From assembly GCA_965603825.1 (NCBI GenBank), contig CBFDEM010000064.1:336355-400354 (forward strand): a DNA stretch of 64,000 nt, given 5' to 3'. The position numbers and the translations under genes were made by a program. This stretch comes from Blepharisma stoltei ATCC 30299 (taxonomy: Eukaryota > Protista > Ciliophora). Numbering within the stretch: the first letter of the stretch is position 1; every line of letters starts with the position of its first letter. This document shows positions 1 through 12,740 of this stretch, piece by piece. Under the pieces are notes generated by a model, which saw nothing but the letters and a program-made list of their open reading frames with translations, searched no databases and was not told the DNA's origin.

Positions 1-3000
1 CAGCTTGTTTTTCCATAGTATCCGCTGCTGTTCACCAAATCAACAGTTGTGGTTTCACCAGTGCTTGGGTCAGTTACTGTATAAGCTCCATTCGAATAAG
101 TCGTTTTCAGTGAGTTTTCTCTGCAGTTCTTATTGCAAATGTCATCAATTGTAGTAGTTCCGTCACATTCACAGAGTCCAACCCCACTCATTCTTTTTCC
201 AGATCCACCGTTACATTCAGAAGAACAGCTTGAGGTAGACACACAGTTTCCGTATGAGTCTCTTATACCGCTTTCTCCACAGTAGTCATATACAATATTA
301 AAGCAGTCAATATCAGAATCGCCTTGACTTGATGTAATTCCATCCTGTATGTAATGGTAATTAGGGTTACAGACACAGCTGCCATCAGTTTTACGGTATG
401 AGCGGTTTTTACCATAACATAAACATGTAGTGCTTTTTACATCAGCGTAGGCATTAGAGCCACATGGCATGCATTTAGCTGAGCCAGTAGTATCTGCATA
501 GGTGTTTTTAGGACAGTCAATGCAGGCATCGTAGCTCGTTTGAGCTGTTGTAGGGTTATAAGTAGCGGCTGGACATGCTGTAGGAGTTTTAGAGCCAACT
601 GGGCAGTAGTAGCCTTCAGGACATTCATAGCCTCCATGATATTCTAAAGAAATAGGATTAGGTCTTGAAGCTCCAGACACACAGACATAGCCACCAAAGC
701 AGCTCTTGCATTTAGAAAATGTCCCATCTGAATAAGTCCCTGCAGGACAAAGCACACATTTATTGCTAGAAACATAGTATCCTTGAGTGCATTGCAAAGG
801 TTCAAAAGAGCCTGATGGACATACATAGGTGTCAGGGCAAGACACAGGAGGTTCGTCTGAGTCTTGGTATTGGTCAAGATTGCTTTGGTCGTACTTAGGA
901 CAATAGTAGCCTGATGGACAAAGAGTAGGCGTGGCAGTATTTACTTTGCAGTAATAGCCGATAGGACACGCTTTAGAGATAGGAGAGCCTTTAGGACAAT
1001 AAGTACCAGCTTCGCATGAAATAGCTGAAGAGGAAGCTCCTGGGCAATAATATCCTCCAGGACATGCAATACAGTCATCTATAGAAGCAGCAGTAGTTGA
1101 CGACGAATAAGTCCCAGGAGGGCAAGGAGTAGGCTCAGTGGCACCGACTACACAGTAATAGCCGACTTTTCCACATGGGTACTGAGTATAATCTCCAGTT
1201 CCAGTCCTCGTGCACAAGTATCCGCCAGGGCATGCTAAACAAGCAGATAAATCAGTAGCCCCAGCCTTGCTTCCATAAGTTCTTGTAGGGCATGGTTTTG
1301 GCTTATTGACTCCTTGAGGGCAGTAGTATCCCATAGGACAAGAAATTGGGTTAGGGTTCCCATTGACACAATAAGACCCAGGAGGACACTGTGTGCAATC
1401 ACTCGACTGTGCGCCTCCTACAAGTGTTCTAAATAGCCCTGATGGACAAGCAGTAGAGATTAGTGCCCCTTTGGTACAGTAATTTCCTGATGGACATTGA
1501 TAGCCATATGCATTGCTGCCAGTTGGCGTAGGTGTTGGAGACGCTAAAACGCATAAGTAGCCAGCCTCACATTCGTCAGAAATTCGACCATCAACACAGT
1601 AGCTACCGGCTGGACAAGAAGTACAGTCAGATGATTTGGTTAAGCCAGTAGTCGCAGAGTTATAAGTACCTGCTAGACATAGAGGAGCAACACCTGTATT
1701 TTTAGGACAATAAGAATAGATTGGACAAGTGGTGCTTGTAGAACTAGAGCCATAGTCACAGACAGAGCCTGCAGGGCAATCATCACAAGTAGAATGGCCA
1801 AGTGTTGATGCATAATATCCAGCAGGGCAAGGAAATTCAATATCAAATCTGGTTCCAGATGGACAATAATAGCCTATAGGGCAAGCAGTTGGGACATTTG
1901 TACCACCAGAGCAGTAATTAGTTAAAGTGCACTGATCGCAAGAACTCTTAAGAGTATCAAGTTGATAATACCCCATATCACACAAAACTTCTTCAAAACT
2001 TCCTTCTTCGCAATAATGTCCAGCAGTGCAGCCATTTTGAGTAGCTATGCTTGAACCTCCACTACAATAATACCCAGCACTGCAATCTCCAGTGACTGCT
2101 GTAAGACCATCTGTTGCACAATATTTTCCGTATGGACAGCTTGGGCAGTCGCTTGATTGTTTAAGACCTTTACTTACACTCATAGTCCCTGCCGGACAAT
2201 TAGTCTGACTTGAAGCTCCGGCTGCACAGTAAGTCCCAGCGCTACATATATTTCCTTGAGTGCCATCTAAAGGCACCGCTGTTGTTGAACTTGAACCGCA
2301 CCAATAACCTTCATTGCAGGTACTAACAGGAGCTGAAAGGCCTTGCTGATTGCAATAGGACCCAGCTGTACAAGCAGTGTAGGTCCCTGATCCAGCGGCA
2401 CAATAAGATCCTCTAGGGCAGATACCGCCTTGGCTTGAAGTAACTGGCCGGTCTATAACAGCTCCAGTTATGCAGTACCATCCTGCAGCACAATCGCCTG
2501 TTGGTGCTGAAAGCCCTGCTGTCTCACAATATTTACCAGCATCACATAGTACGCAGGCATCTGACGTTGGTTGACCTGGATCTGGATTATAAGTTCCGAC
2601 TGGGCATGGATATGTATATTGATAGCCAGTACCACTAGGACAATAATGCCCAGCTGGACAGTCAGTTTCTGCAGTGGCTGGAGATTCACAGTATTTTCCT
2701 TCTGAGCAAGTTTTGCATGTGCTTTGCATTGTCTGATCTTGATATTGTCCATCAGGACATTTAATTGGTTCCCAACTTCCTGTCGGACAATAATATCCAG
2801 CACTGCAGAATGTGCTTGGAGTGGCTGAAGAATCACCACCTGCACAATAGTACCCGGCTGGACACGCAGTTGGGGCATTTGCTGGGGAAGATGTAGCAGG
2901 ATATGAAGTTCCTGTTTGGTCGCAATAGAATCCTGGAGGGCAACTAATACATTCAGTTGAATCTTCAGCTCCTTTATAAGGCATATATTTCCCAGCTGGA

Positions 3001-6000
3001 CAAGCTGCATAGGTGCTTGATCCTGCCTCACAATAATACCCTTTAGGACATATATCTCCTGCCGAAAAGGCTGAGTTCACCGAAGAGATAGGGCTTGGAG
3101 CAATAGATTGAATCGTGCAGTAGTAGCCAGCTGAACATTGAGAACCTGATGTAGACATTTGGTCTTGAGAGCAGTAATAGCCTGGATCACATTTAGTAGT
3201 CGTTGAGGATGCGGCAGGGCAGTAATATCCTCTTGTACAAATCCCTCCATATCCAGAGCCAGTCATTGGTTGCGAATAAAGTGAGCCTGAAGAGCAATAA
3301 AACCCGCCAGCACAGCTTAATGATGTAAGATCGCCTACACCATAAACGTCACAATATTTCCCAGCAGAGCAACTTATACAGGTGGTGCTGTCAGCAGCTG
3401 ACGTTGCTGTACTAAAAGTCCCTGGGGAGCATGGGTATTGCTTATCATAAAGAGTACTTGAAGGGCAGTAGTGGCCTGCTGGGCAAGTATTGGATGTGGG
3501 GTCAGAAGTTCCTCTTGGACAATACAATCCAGCTGTACAGGCGTTGCAAGATCCTTGGCCAACTGAATTTTGATATGTCCCAGGCTCACATTTTATATGG
3601 TTTGCAGAGCCACTTGGACATCTGTATCCAGCTTCGCATTGAGTTGCTTGATCACTTGAGCTTGATTGTGGGCAGTAATAATTAACCTTACAAACTGTGT
3701 TGTCATTTACATTGGCAGTGTTAATGCATGCTCTCCCTGCCGTACAAGGGATACAGTCACTGCTTGAAGCTCCTAATGTAGAAGGGTTGAATGTCCCTGC
3801 AGGACATGGATTCGCATTTCTAGAAGTAGATCCAGCTGGGCAATAATAACCTGCAATGCATGGACCATATTTATCAGTCGTTGTATCAACAAGATAAGGA
3901 GGTGTCTGGAATGGTGATGCAAGCTCGCAGAAATACCCTGCACTGCATTGGCCACTTTCAGCTGATAAGCCATAGCCAGCACAATAATATCCAGCTGTGC
4001 ATGGGGTGCACTCTGATAATTGAGTAGCCCCAGTTGTGGCTCGGAAAGTCCCAGGAGGGCATGGTATTGGGTCAATAGTTCCTGACGGGCAATAATGGCC
4101 TGTAGTGCAAGTAGTTGTGGAAGTTAGCCCAGTAGTTTGGCAATAAGCTCCTGCATCACATGTTTGACAACTTCCTTGCCCGGCAGCAGAATTATAAGTC
4201 CCTCTTGGACAATTAATAGAGGCATAGCTCCCGGCAGGTGCATAAGTTCCTGCAGGTGTTTCCTTTCCAGATGGGGTACTTGATGTTTCTTTTGTGCCAC
4301 ACAAATAGCCAGCACTGCATTGTCCAGTAGGTTCTGCAGAAGTTGTGCTGGAGCAATAAAAGCCTTTAGGACAGTCAATACAGTCACTGCTGGACGTTGC
4401 ACCTTGGTAGTTATTGAAAGTTCCACTAGGGCATGGCTGAAGAGTTGCAGTTCCTGTAGGGCAATATGACCCAGCAGGACAAATATATCCATAAGATTGG
4501 CCAACTGGAGTAGCTGTTATTGATTTTCCAGCGCAATAAAAGCCAGCCTTGCATTCTCCTGCAGTTTCAGTACTGCCTGGTTGATCACAATATCATCCTG
4601 CATCACAGCTTGTGCAATCAGAAAGTTTAGTTAAATAAGTACTTCCGCTGTTGGCGTGGTAAGTTCCTGCTGGGCATTTAACTGGGGTGATGGTGCCTTT
4701 AACACAGTATTTTCCCGCAAGACAGTCGCTAGGAGATCAGGTGGCTTCATATGGACAGTATTTTCCTTCAGGGCATACTACGCAATCAGTTGAGGCTGAT
4801 GCACCATCTGATGGGTTATAAGTTCCCGCTGGGCAAGGGATAGGATCGCTAGTACCTGTTGGGCAATAGTAGCCTTTTGGGCACGTAGTCCCACTTCCGG
4901 TATTTGCAAAAGTATCAAGGTACTTTCCTGATGTTGATAATGTTGAGCAGTCACTAAGTGCCGTGGCGCCAACAGTGCTTCTATAAGTTCCTGGTGGGCA
5001 TGGATAAGCGACCAAAGTACCAGACGGGCAGTAAAAGCCCTCTTTGCATTTTGTAGAGTCTGAAGAAGAACCCCAAGGGCATAAGGATCCTGCTGTGCAA
5101 GGAGCTGCATACATTGCTGTGCCAGTTGTTGTAATACTCGAGCATATGTAACCAGGAAGGCATAGAAGAGGCGCTGTTGCTCCTGCATTGCAGTAATAGC
5201 CTAAATCACAAACTGTTGCTGCTGTATTTACAGTTGATGAAGGATCTGGACAATAATACCCTGCAGTACAAGTGGTGCAAGATGCCAGACTTCCTGCACC
5301 AGTAGATGCCATAAAAGTCCCGGGAGGGCACTTATATTGTTTAGTTGCCCCAGATGGACAATAATACCCTGCTGCACATTCTCCAGTGTATGATATCGAT
5401 GTTGAAGAACAATCAGATGCTTGCGTTAAAGAAGTGCTTGAAGAATAGGTCCCAGCTGGACATGCAAATTGGTCAGGCCTTTCTGTGCCATCAGGGCAAA
5501 AACTCCCAGCTGCGCAGTCACCATTACTATTGGAGAGGTCAAATGTCCCTGTCATACAAGCTTTTCCTGCAGTGCATTGAGTACAGTCTGAGCTATCAGT
5601 ATTTGCAGTAGAAGATGAGTAGTATCCTGGAGGGCATGCGAAATAATTACTCATAGGTGTTCCAATAAGACAGTAAAATCCAGCAGAGCATGAAGCCCCT
5701 GTCGAGCTTGTACTTTTGGCTGCACAATAGGTTCCTGCAGTACATTCTAAGCAATCTGCAACACTTGCAGAGCTTGTAGAGGTTGCAGATAAACTATAAT
5801 AACCAGCATCGCAAGAATATTGGTCAATTGTATATGACCCATAAGGACAGAAATACCCTGCACTGCATGAAATTGCGCTTGATGGATCATAACTAGAAGC
5901 AGGACAAACAGCAGCTGAGCTTGAAATCCCACAAATTTCACATAAAGACGACGTAGTTTTGGCAGTAAATCCTAAATAGCATAAGGCTGGTGATGGGAAT

Positions 6001-9000
6001 CCATTGCCGCAGAATGTATAAGTAGAGCAGGTACTGCAGCTAGAAATGCTTGTTTGACCTGTATTGCTGTTATAAGTGCCTATAGGGCATAATATTTCAG
6101 ATTTAAAGTCCTGAGAAAAGCGGCCTGCGGATGTTGAAGAAGGGGTTGCTGATGTTCCTTCAGGACAGAGCTGTCCTGCTGTACAAGCAGTGCAATCAGC
6201 TCCAGTCGCTCTTGGAATAATATCATCCGAATAAGTCCCAAATGGACAATTAAAAGTTTCTGAGTCACTCGCTCCGTTAGCTGCAAACTGACCTTTATTA
6301 GAAGTAATACATTTAGGACTCCCTGACCCTCCATCATTAGAGCAGCTCCCACTTGCTGGTATAGCATCAGTATAAGTTGGACAGGCAAATCCAGGCAGAC
6401 ATAATTTGCACATAGAAATATCTATAATTCCTGAATTCTCATTATAAGTTCTTGCAAGACAGTATATAGCTGTCGTCGTAAGAGGATTTAGGACTTGTGA
6501 AGAAGATGACATGTCAGCTAATGGAGTTGATGCCCCTGAGTTACAAAAACAGCCAGGCGAGCAGCCATAGCAAAGGTCAAACCTTCCAGGCGAAAAAGTT
6601 CCTTGTGAGCAGGCAGTTTGGCTTGTTGTAGATGTATATTTATAAGAAGAGTCTATATAACTACAAGTGCCACTCGCATACATTGGAAACATACAAGTTA
6701 AGCACACAGGACCCCATGGATACGAAGGGCTTGCACATGAAGTTGTCCCGCTTGTCCAGCACCCAGTTGTGGTAGAACACTCTGTACAACTATTTGAGCT
6801 ATAAGTAGTCCCTGAAGGACAAGTATAAGGGTTGAAATTGAATCTTACACTGCAGACTTGACTAGAAGGACAATTAGTGACTGCATTTGAAGAAATATAT
6901 TTCCCTTCTACTGCTAAAGAGACCGAATAAGTACTACAAGCTGCACTATAAGGGCAGGATTCACAAGTATTGTACCCTGAAGGCGAATAGTCATAGGTTC
7001 CTGAACATGTGGTAGGAGAGGACTCATAATTGCAGTATTTTCCTGCTGTACAAGTAGTGCAAGAAGTCTGGGAAGTTGAGGAGGAATAGGAGCCTAATGG
7101 GCATTTTAGCTCTTCTTGGATGTTTGTTTGAGGACACATGTCGCCCGCTTTGCAAGAAGTTGCGGAAGAGCTGCCTGATAAAGAATAGGAACCTGAGGAT
7201 ACAGCTGTAGGGGATGTAGAAGAAGAGTCAAAAACGTAGCCTTCAGCGACTTTAGTGCAGGAGGTCTTGCCTGTAGCAGTTTGATAATGCCCAGATGGGC
7301 AAGAATATTCATTAACCCCATCAGGACAGTAGTAGCCAATAGGGCAGGTAACGCATGAGCCTGAGCTATAATAAGTCCCTGGAGAACAAGGTACTGGAAC
7401 TCCGCTCGACACATCAAAATTCGTAATAGTGACTGAACAAGTTGTAGTAGCTGTCCAGTCATAAGCAGCTGGTGTACACAAGTTTACAACGTCAACTGTT
7501 GTTGAAGCTGATAAGCCGTTATAATTGTTATCATAAGAAGATGTTGTGTGAGAAATTGAGACTGTATAGTAAAGATTTGTCATAGAGCTAGGAACGCTAT
7601 TTACAGTCACTGTCACTGTTTGTGCAGTCGCGTAGTTAGAATTAGTAAACGTCAATGGTGTTGGTGAGACTCCAACATTGCTATTTCCTGATGAAATCGA
7701 GACAGTTACATCATCTGAGGGCTGGCTTCCTAGCCAAACTGTATATGTCCCAGACTGTGATTCTGATAAATCTAGGAAGTTGTTTGAGAGTTTTAAGGAT
7801 CCATATGAGCTTTGTATTACAGTCACAATAGTTTCAAAAGTAGATGGCATTTTTATTGCATTAGTCCAAGCTGTGTCAGCGTTTAAGGAGTAAGTAAGTG
7901 TATAAGAAGTAGAACCAACAATGGTAGAGGAGCTTACAGATTTTACAGTAAAAGTCTCTGAAGACCATGAGCTTGATGTAAAGGTCACTGTGGCTGGAGA
8001 TACAGTGATATCAGAACTCGATGCAGATACACCAATTTCCACATTATTTATTGGCTGCATGCTGAGAGAAACCTGATAAGTAGCAGTTCCTCCTTGGGAA
8101 ACCACAACGGAGTCTTCAACAGTGATTACAGGGTCTTGGTCATATATATACAGCGTAGCTAATCCAGAGGGGTAAAAGCTGGAATCATAAATAACATTTG
8201 CACTATTTCATGTGGTATCTGAGCTTGATAGCGAGTGTGAGAGCACTATAGAGTAATCTAATGAAGACGTATAATAATAAGGAAGGTCAATTGTAACAGA
8301 TTGATAAGTGTTATAATTTCCATTCGTAAAAGTAAGGCTTGCAGTGTTCACTACAAGCTCGCTTGATGATGTTGTTGTAGAAATGGTTACTGTTACATCA
8401 GAAGTTGGAGCAGTTCCACTCAATTTAATTTGATAAGTCTGAGATGTAGCACCTTCATGGATATAAGTTGGGAAATTGATTAGTATAGCATTTACGTTAG
8501 AAATTGTCACTGACGCTGAAGATGAGGCAGTGCAGCCTGTGCAAGTGATGTCTAAAGAGTAAGATCCTTGGGTTGATATGCTAGCTGAAACTGCCCAAGT
8601 GCCACTTCCTTGATTTGTATAAGTAGCTGAAGATAATGCTGACCCTGAATGATAAGTTAAAGAAAGCCCTGCAACTGGACCCAAATAGGCGTCACTATCT
8701 GTATCTGTTACTGATACGTATAGAGTAAAAGTTGCTCCAGGAGAGGCTGTTAGTGAAGTGGTTGTAAAAGTAGCTGTGCTTATAGTTTGAGTCACTGAAA
8801 AGGAATTGCTGAGACAATTTTTGCCTGATGAGTCAGAAGCTTCTAGCTTAAATGCTGTATCAGTTCCAAGGATTTTGCAGGTACTCCAAGAGCTAGCGAC
8901 ACCAGATGATAAAGATCCAGTTACTGTAGTAGACTTAAATTTCCCGACTTGTCCTGATGTAGTTGCAAATGCAATTAGGGTGATGGTGCCAGAGGCTGAA

Positions 9001-10253
9001 GTTGCGATATTTCCATATTGATCGTATGCAGTTACTGCTGCACCACTACATGCATTACCTGAAGGCTGACCTGTAAATGCAATATAAGAAAAGGTATCTT
9101 CAGTGATAGTGATGCTTATTGAATCTTTGGTAAAACCAACACAGTGAGCTTCTATAGTAAAAGTGCCGACCTATATTAATTTTACCTTAGTTATGGATAC
9201 AGAAGTAGAGCCACTGGAAGAAGAAGAATAAGAGATTGATAAGGTTCCGAATAGATTTGCTGTTGAGTCAGTTGAAAAGAGGTAGACATTGCTGCTATCT
9301 GAAGTTGTGAGAGTATCTGTATAAGTGTATTTTTCGACTGTTACCGATATAGTGGCGCCAGCTGCATAGGTGCCTGATCCGGAAGTGATTTTTAAATAAT
9401 TTCTGCAGCCACTGATATGGCATTGAATGCATGCATTGGATGAATCGACGTAATACCCTGAAACACAAGCAGTGCAAATGCTTTGGTCTGATCCATCACA
9501 CTTTTTGCAATGTGTTGGGTCTGTGCATGCCTGGCATACTCCACCCGAATCAGCACCATAATAATCGGCACAAGTAGTGCAAGTTCCAGGGTTTGATCCA
9601 TCGCAGGTTTTGCAATATGTTGAGTCTGTGCATGCCTGACATACTCCACCCGAATCAACACCATAATGATCAACACAAGTAGTGCAAGTGCCGGGGTTTG
9701 ATCCATCACAAGTTTTACAATATGTTGAGTCTGTGCATGCATGGCATGCTCCACCCGAATCAACACCATAATGATCAACACAAGTAGTGCAAGTGCCAGG
9801 GTTTGATCCATCACAGATTTTACAATATGTTGAGTCTGTGCATACCTGACATACTCCACCCGAATCAACACCATAATGATCAACACAAGCAGTGCATGTG
9901 CTTTGGCTTGATCCATCACAGGTTTTGCAATATGTTGAGTCTGTACATGCTTTGCATACTCCATTTGAATTTACCCCATAATAGTCAGCGCAAGTAGAGC
10001 ATGTTGGATCCGAAGGGCAACTAATGCAATTTATATCTGTACACACACTCAAGATTCTTTTCTTGCCTGATCAATTATTTTCTTCTTTAGGCAGTTTTTG
10101 AGTAGCTGGAATACTTTTGGGTGATGATGTATTGTTAGCATTTAGGACTCCGAAGTCCAAACTTGAGTTCAGAGTATTTGATCCCATCACTTGATCGTTG
10201 AGAAAGGCTAGAAGCAGCCAAGCAATGATCATCTTTAACATTTTATAAATCAT
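1..10253 (-). CDS. Giant (>3400 aa) secreted/surface cysteine-rich modular protein: signal peptide, furin-like Cys repeats, Ig/Calx-beta-like repeats, many GCC2_GCC3 (ephrin-receptor-like) repeats; 3' end lies outside the window
   Basis: ORFs 10071-10253, 9171-10052, 8208-8795 and 4737-8105 share one frame. They are joined by TGA=Trp at 10071, 8208, 4737 and 4593 (e.g. CDAG-W-YC) and by a 15-nt intron at 9171-9185. CPxGxYCxxG repeats continue in frame toward base 1 (spot-checked). Hydrophobic N-terminus MLKMIIAWLLLAF. Confidence 0.9.
9171..9185 (-). other. 15-nt spliceosomal intron GTAAAATTAATATAG
   Basis: GT..AG, 15 nt, contains the in-frame TAG; removal gives ...SITK|VGTFTIEAHC in an open frame. 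Confidence 0.9.
9455..9985 (-). repeat. About five tandem 105-bp (35 aa) near-identical coding repeats CTDSTYCKTCDGSNPGTCTTCVDHYGVDSGGVCQA
   Basis: The motif tatgttgagtctgt, or a close variant, recurs at 9511, 9616, 9721, 9826 and 9931 (period 105). Confidence 0.9.
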
Positions 10254-10894
10254 CCCATTTTGTTTAAGAAAAGTTTAAATTACTAGCTTGTTCGGTTACC
10301 TTTTCCACTTTTCTACTATTATGACAGAATTATATATTCTCTTAATCTGAGCTTAATATTTAAATATACCCATCTATCCAATTTTTTGGGATGTTCAATT
10401 ACAGGGAATTTTCTATACTTACTGATAATAAAAGTCGTTCGCACAGAAACTCAAGCCAAATAATTTTTAGTGACCAGATTTAATTTATCATAATGTTTAT
10501 ATATGCTTGCCTTTTTATTATTTATCTTACCAAATTCGCAAATCCATCTGCCAATGCATATTGGCCGATTTATACAATAATTTTTTACTTTGATTGTATT
10601 TCGAGCATATATAAAATGACGACAAGGCGCACCCAATTTCTTGATGCAATTTCTCAGCCTCATGTCCACAGCGAATTCGGCAAGAAAACATTAAAGAGTA
10701 AAATATCATAACTAATAACTTTGAAAAATTTTTGATTTCATTAGCACATAGGACTGTATTTTGCTTTAAACTAGAGAGAAAATAGTCTATTTTTGCTATG
10801 AGAGTTTAAATTTGGGTTCAGAATCTAATTATTTAAATGATAAGGCATACTTTGAATTTGTTCTAATTTTTGCTTTTATCTATTTTCTTTTTGC

Positions 10895-11300
10895 TCTCAC
10901 CCATGGCATTGTGCTTCCTCTCAATCTTAGATTCTTCAATCATATTTCCATCATGTTCGCTTCTACAGCTGTCAGCACTTCCATATAAGCTACTAAGGTG
11001 TAATCGACAGGTTCGCCATAAACAGATTCTGCATGGTCTTGGTAAACTTTAAGGAGATGTAATATTCATTGATAAGCTGACTTCTAAGAAGAAAACGAGA
11101 TGCTTAGATGGCAGGGTCTATGTAATCTTGACGAGAGTAGTAGGAGTCTGTAGTTTCGAGAAGAAAAAAAGCTTCATTTCAGGGATCTCGGGAGAGGAAA
11201 TTGTAGATTTGACGATGAAAGAAGAGAGAACCTTGGAGTGAGCTTTCGAGGTCAGGGATGTTTGGAAAAGAAATGGATTTGATAGTGGGATAGAACTGAT
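10895..11300 (-). pseudogene. Possible decayed ORF of unknown family
   Basis: Locally higher GC. Long frame QFYPTIKSISFPNIPDLESSLQGSLFFHRQIYNFLSRDPWNEAFFLLETTDSYYSRQDYIDPAI* followed by a frameshifted continuation; no family recognised. Confidence 0.25.
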
Positions 11301-11868
11301 TTTTGTTTTTCTAGCACAGAGTAATGCCTTATTTTACATTCTATTTTGTGATTTTATGTATTGTTTAAATGGAAATTATCTGGTATAATAAATATTTTGT
11401 TGCCTTTTAATCAATTAATAAATCCTTTGAGATCTTTTGATATTTAAAAATGCATCGTTTCAAAATTTTAAGCTAATTTTAATTAATTCAATTTTCTATT
11501 ATATATAGCTATTTCGAGAAAAGCAGTTATTTTCAAATTTTTTTGTTGCAAAAATTACTAAATTCTACACAAATCATTCTGACCTATATCAAACACTGGA
11601 TAAGGCCATAATCAAATATAATTCAATAATCAATATAAAAAACTTCACTTTCCTATCATACCCAAAACTCCTATTTCAAATAAAAAAAGTTACACAACTC
11701 CACATCTTTTACCCTCAATCCCACTCTTTTACCTCTATTTCCTTATCCTAACCCCCTTCTCTCCTCTCCAAAATCCTCCCTTTCTTTTTCCTCTTTTTCT
11801 CTTTTCCCTTTCTCACTTTATTTTCCTCGCATTCTCTCTTTAACGATTGGAAATTCGTTAAAAATTTA

Positions 11869-12723
11869 ATGAAGATGGCAAACATTCCTCAAGATCCGGC
11901 GGGACTGCAAAATCTCGAAGACAGCTTTTGCACTCCTCAAAAGCCTAAAAAACAGCGGTGAACCTCCGAAGAAGACAAAACCCTCCAAGAACTCGTTCAA
12001 ACCTATGGTCCCAAAAATTGGAAAACCATAGCGCAGTGCCTAAAAAATCGAACAGACGTCCAGTGCCTCCATCGATGGCAAAAAGTCCTTAACCCCGAGC
12101 TCATCAAAGGCCCATGGACCCCCGAAGAAGACGAAATTGTCATTAGGCTCGTTAAAAAATACGGACCCAAAAATTGGAGCGCAATTGCGAGCAATCTCCC
12201 TGGGCGAATTGGAAAACAATGCCGAGAACGATGGCATAATCACCTTAACCCTCATATCAGAAGAGAGTCTTGAACTCCCGAAGAAGACATAGAAATCCTT
12301 AAAGCGCATATGGAATTAGGAAATCGGTGGGCAGAAATCGCAAAAAAGCTGCCTGGGAGGACAGATAATGCGATCAAAAACCATTGGAACTCGACGCTGA
12401 AGAGGAAAATGAAGCTTGTGAAAAAGGAGTATTTGGTGACTGTGAAAAATAATGAACAAGCAGACCCTGTATGCGAATATATGATAGAACATATCAAAAA
12501 ATATGGGGATGAAATTTTTGATGACGGAAAAGAAGAGGACTCATACTCAACCCCTGAAAAGACAAAAGAAAACATAAGTGAAGAAAGCACCCCAGAAAAA
12601 ACCTGCGTTTTATATTATGTCTCCCCAGACTACCAAAACCTCACAACAGACGGCTCCATTACAGCAAGAAAAATAATCCAAAGCATCGAAAAACAAGCGA
12701 GCGTAATAATTAAAAATGACTAA
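11869..12723 (+). CDS. R1R2R3 (three-repeat) Myb transcription factor, 284 aa
   Basis: R-W(TGA 11959)-TSEED...[29 protein letters not shown]...[17 protein letters not shown]...S-W(TGA 12271)-TPEED...[25 protein letters not shown]. Confidence 0.95.
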
Positions 12724-12740
12724 ATTAATGACTAAATTTT

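Noticed and set aside
9455-9985. Regular repeats resembling a CRISPR array
   Set aside because: Contiguous 105-bp coding units with no unique spacers; eukaryotic context and no cas genes
437-9997. Many 60-190 aa alternative-frame and antisense ORFs (Q/L/V/A-rich)
   Set aside because: Shadows of the giant Cys-rich gene's codon pattern
11959-12273. In-frame TGA as selenocysteine or as pseudogene stops
   Set aside because: The codons fall on conserved Trp positions in many unrelated genes
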